A stretch of DNA of 62,807 bases, filler included, from Limisphaerales bacterium (lineage in GTDB: Bacteria > Verrucomicrobiota > Verrucomicrobiia > Limisphaerales > SIBE01): NCBI GenBank assembly GCA_044225505.1. It is 6 parts of 5 records of this genome, joined end to end, with 100 filler letters (N's around TTAATTAATTAA, not from the genome) between each part and the next. Parts side by side here need not be neighbours in the genome. Positions count along the whole stretch, not along the records: positions 53,168 to 62,807 come from JBGAIN010000246.1; 5 more parts are not named here. The stretch is one strand, 5' to 3'. Positions 59,868-62,807 of the stretch are shown here, one piece after another (the first letter of the stretch is position 1; each line of letters opens with the position of its first letter). The notes beneath the pieces are model-generated. The model was not told the DNA's origin, did no database searches, and worked only from the letters and a program-made list of their open reading frames with translations. Position numbers and translations under genes: made by a program.

Positions 59868-59894
59868 GGCAAGAGGACGAAAGATTACTGCGCT

Positions 59895-61217
59895 TCAGTG
59901 AAGGGATTGAATCTCGCGGACGTAAATATTCCTGAACGACAAGGTATCTCCGTGGTTCTGGAGCTCGATTTGGCCCGACGGAAAGATTGGCAGCGTTCGA
60001 TCCCAGTAATTCTCAAGAGGGACGGCATTGACGACGAGTTCGCCGTTAAGAAAGACGTGGACTTTTTCGCCAACCATCAGAATTCGAAACGAGTTCCATT
60101 GGCCAATGGGTTTATCGGCTACTTTCAGTGGAGTCGAAGAGTTCTTTTTATTGTTGTAAAGTCCGCCTGAGCCAACCTCGCTGCCATGCGCGGTCGGTTG
60201 TGTGTTTGGATCCCAAATCTGGACTTGCGGGCTCCCCCGCAGGTAAATGCCGCTATCGCCATGTGCAGGTAACTTCCAATCCACCCACAACTCAAAATCC
60301 GCATAGTCTTTCACCGTGCATAAGCTGCGCCCTTTGCCATCGAAAACGATCTCCCCGTTTTCCACTTTCCAGTGGCGAAGCATGTCTTGATCTGCCGCCG
60401 TTTGTTTGGCCGGGCGCTCATCGGCGGCTAGAGCCTGGCGCTTGATTGGGTTGTCATACGGCGACGCCAGCAGCCCTTTCCAGCCTTCCAGGGTTCGGCC
60501 ATCGAACAGGGCAGTGAATCCTGGAGGGGGCGTGTTAGCGGCTGACGCCTCTGGCAGTTCCTTGATGCGAATATTCCGGAATTCGATATAGTCGTCGTGC
60601 CCAAGGAATCCCACATGCCCTCGTTCCCTCAAAACTCCCGGGTGTTTCATCAGTGCCGCGGGATCTTTGATGTCATTCAGATTGGCTTCCAATACTTTTA
60701 CGTGGTTGACGGTCACTTCAATCTGCCGTCCGCGTGCCGTAATCTCCTCCACGTTCCACTCTCCAGGCTTCTTGAGCGCGCCTTTTTTGGCCGGAACCAA
60801 GTCGTAGATCGAGCCGTGAAACTGAGCGTCCCTCAACTTTCCCCACTTGCCCGCTAACGCTGCTCCTTCTTCCAGAATCTGAATCTCCATTCCCAGAGAT
60901 GAGGCGCGGCCATCCAAAGGCGATCGGATGCCAATCCCGTTGTTTGATCCATCTTCCATCTTGAACTCAAATCGGAGCACAAAATCGCTGAATTCTTTCG
61001 TGGTCAGCAAGTTTCCACCTCCCCCTTTGGCGCAGTAGATCACTCCATCTTTAACCCCGTAACCATCTCCGCGTTTATCTACGAGGGTCCAACCTTCGAG
61101 CGTCTTCCCATTAAATAGGCTGACAAAGTCCCGCTCCTCCTGCGCGTGCGCAAGAACTAGCAGTTGAAGTCCTAAAAGCGGGATTAAGATCGGCCGGAAT
61201 AAAAACTCGTTTCGCAT
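59895..61217 (-). CDS. Two-domain DUF1080 (3-keto-disaccharide hydrolase family) protein
   Basis: Signal peptide; two copies of LF(N/D)G.TLEGW...DF.L...(N/D).GI..R...QI...WN...G...L..H......FRNI. Confidence 0.92.
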   Translation of the reverse strand: MRNEFLFRPILIPLLGLQLLVLAHAQEERDFVSLFNGKTLEGWTLVDKRGDGYGVKDGVIYCAKGGGGNLLTTKEFSDFVLRFEFKMEDGSNNGIGIRSPLDGRASSLGMEIQILEEGAALAGKWGKLRDAQFHGSIYDLVPAKKGALKKPGEWNVEEITARGRQIEVTVNHVKVLEANLNDIKDPAALMKHPGVLRERGHVGFLGHDDYIEFRNIRIKELPEASAANTPPPGFTALFDGRTLEGWKGLLASPYDNPIKRQALAADERPAKQTAADQDMLRHWKVENGEIVFDGKGRSLCTVKDYADFELWVDWKLPAHGDSGIYLRGSPQVQIWDPNTQPTAHGSEVGSGGLYNNKKNSSTPLKVADKPIGQWNSFRILMVGEKVHVFLNGELVVNAVPLENYWDRTLPIFPSGQIELQNHGDTLSFRNIYVREIQSLH

Positions 61218-61540
61218 AGACAACAGAAGACAGAGCACGGTTTCGAATCATGTCTCGGATTGATCGATGCCAACCTCCGGAAATCCCCTCGGACTGTCAA
61301 GACCGGGTTCTTCTCAGACTCCATGACGGGAGTGCCACACAAATCGGGTAACGCACCCGGCCGCGGTTGGCCGTTCGCCTGACAAAGGCGTTCCAAATCC
61401 AGGCCTGCTAAAAGGGGTTGAAATGTTCGACGTGTTCGGCTCAAAATACTCCAGAGTTGATGCACCAGATTACGTAGGATTGAAATGGCGAGATGAGTGT
61501 CCTGTCCACCGTCCCAGGGGACCGGCAAACAAACCAGGTT

Positions 61541-61999
61541 ATGAAAGCTGTGTTCCTATGGATTGCTTTATTCCTCCTGGCCCAGAAGGTCTCTGCGGCG
61601 GTGTGGCGTCCGAGTGACGCATTGCTCGATGCCGTGCGAAGGATTGAATCCGCTGACGGGCTCTACACGGTGGGCGACAATGGAATGTCCCTCGGAAACT
61701 ACCAGCTTTCCGAGGCGGCTTGGGACGATGTTAGTGCCTGGCGCAAGTCGCGGGGAGTAGCCACATTCAAGTACCATCGTGACGTTTGGAGTGAACGTGT
61801 CAGTCGAAGCTATGCAGCGGACTACATGCGCCTGCTTCATGGCCAGCTTTCCGAGCGTTTAGGCCGAGCTCCTTCCACTTTGGAAATCTACGCCGCCTAC
61901 AATATGGGCCTCTCCGCCTTCGTCCGGTGCGGGTACCGCCTTACCGCCGTCAATTTCCGCGGCCAGGACCTCGACTTTGCCGAGATGGATCAACCTTAA
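61541..61999 (+). CDS. Secreted lysozyme-like / transglycosylase (destabilase-like) protein
   Basis: Signal peptide; LLDAVRRIES (catalytic Glu-Ser), GDNG.SLG.YQLS..AW.D, YAAYNMG. Confidence 0.75.
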   Translation: MKAVFLWIALFLLAQKVSAAVWRPSDALLDAVRRIESADGLYTVGDNGMSLGNYQLSEAAWDDVSAWRKSRGVATFKYHRDVWSERVSRSYAADYMRLLHGQLSERLGRAPSTLEIYAAYNMGLSAFVRCGYRLTAVNFRGQDLDFAEMDQP

Positions 62000-62081
62000 G
62001 CCAGCAGGTAAGCTCTCACACCCTGTCCCCCTGGGTTACTGCCTCCGCAGGGCTTCCGCTGGTCTTCCCAGCGTCAGGCGC

Positions 62082-62315
62082 CTAATGGACCGTCTCCGCC
62101 GCCTCAACCCGCATGGCCAGAAAGCACTCGCTCTGGGCTCGAAACAATTCGCGAATCAACTTGCTTCGGCGTCGTAGCAGTTCGCTGACTTCTGTGCCGC
62201 GCTTCACGCGTTTCGCGGCATAGTAAGACTCCGTCGTGCTCGCTAGCTCCTTGCGCAGCGTGGCTACCCGCGAACGAAGTTCAACCGAATTTCCTGGAAC
62301 GGACGATACGACCAT
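62082..62315 (-). CDS. Small hypothetical helical protein
   Basis: 77-aa coiled-coil-like ORF (ELRSRVATLRKEL...LLRRRSKLIRELF.AQ). Confidence 0.5.
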   Translation of the reverse strand: MVVSSVPGNSVELRSRVATLRKELASTTESYYAAKRVKRGTEVSELLRRRSKLIRELFRAQSECFLAMRVEAAETVH

Positions 62316-62695
62316 AACCAGCCTCAAGTTACTGTACCTCAATAGACAGCTTCCGGCTGAGGAAAATTCATCCCGCCGCAAGAAATCTTGAAGTTGGCCA
62401 CTTTCACTTGGCGCAAGTGCGAATCCGAGGAAAGAGGCGCAGCTCTCGAGATGACGCTGGGAGTCGGCTGACCTGCCGAAGCGGAACACACTCGCTTCGC
62501 GAGTGCCCTGAAATTGGCGATTCCTCTCCCGCGCTGGTCCGATCGCAAGCGCTTATCGTCCCCTGCGCCCCAAATCGCCTCCGTGCGATGAGTCCTGCTC
62601 CAACCCGGAACGGTCCGGCTCCCGGGTTGATTGCCTAATCCTATGCGGGAACCTGATGTTGTCCCCATCTCAGACGCATTTTTTACCCACGGAAA

Positions 62696-62807
62696 CGTGC
62701 GGTTAGCGTGCGGTTAGCGTGCGGTTAGCGTGCGGTTAGCGTGCGGTTAGCGTGCGGTTAGCGTGCGGTTAGCGTGCGGTTAGCGTGCGGTTAGCGTGCG
62801 GTTAGCG
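62696..62807. repeat. Perfect 11-bp tandem repeat (CGTGCGGTTAG) x10, running off the window end
   Basis: Ten identical units plus CG, read directly from the sequence. Confidence 0.97.

Noticed and set aside
62696..62807. Possible CRISPR array
   Set aside because: Head-to-tail 11-bp units with no spacers, and no cas genes in the window.

Overview
This 62.8-kb window is not one locus. It is six assembled contigs (1-9364, 9465-18817, 18918-28618, 28719-46075, 46176-53067, 53168-62807) joined by artificial 100-bp N/TTAATTAATTAA linkers. Gene content points to a Verrucomicrobiota (Limisphaerales/Pedosphaera-like) genome bin: H-X9-DG prepilin-like proteins, a kinase-WD40 protein, an ECF sigma factor with a C-terminal extension, a DUF1080 protein and a LEPR-XLL protein. 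Recognisable genes are metH, modABC (modC broken), a sialidase fusion, several transporters, a DUF5939 adenylate cyclase, a yqjD/E/K-like trio and a Gfo/Idh/MocA + DUF1080 pair. The most interesting signals are: (1) a ~60-75 aa domain ending in (R/K/L)F(Y/F)(R/Q) shared by eight otherwise unrelated, probably exported proteins, a candidate sorting/anchoring signal; (2) a tight operon at 40.6-46.1 kb whose truncated first gene ends in a Tc-toxin-A-like C-terminus, followed by two proteins with that domain and a MORN/YwqK protein; (3) a pattern of internally deleted or frameshifted genes (RAYT, Calx-beta, kup, modC, LytS kinase, prepilin, AI-2E, SLC13); (4) a candidate structured RNA near 40.0-40.25 kb, a SahR-like box before metH, and a perfect 11-bp tandem repeat at the window end. 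All family calls come from motif recognition by eye; no database searches were run.
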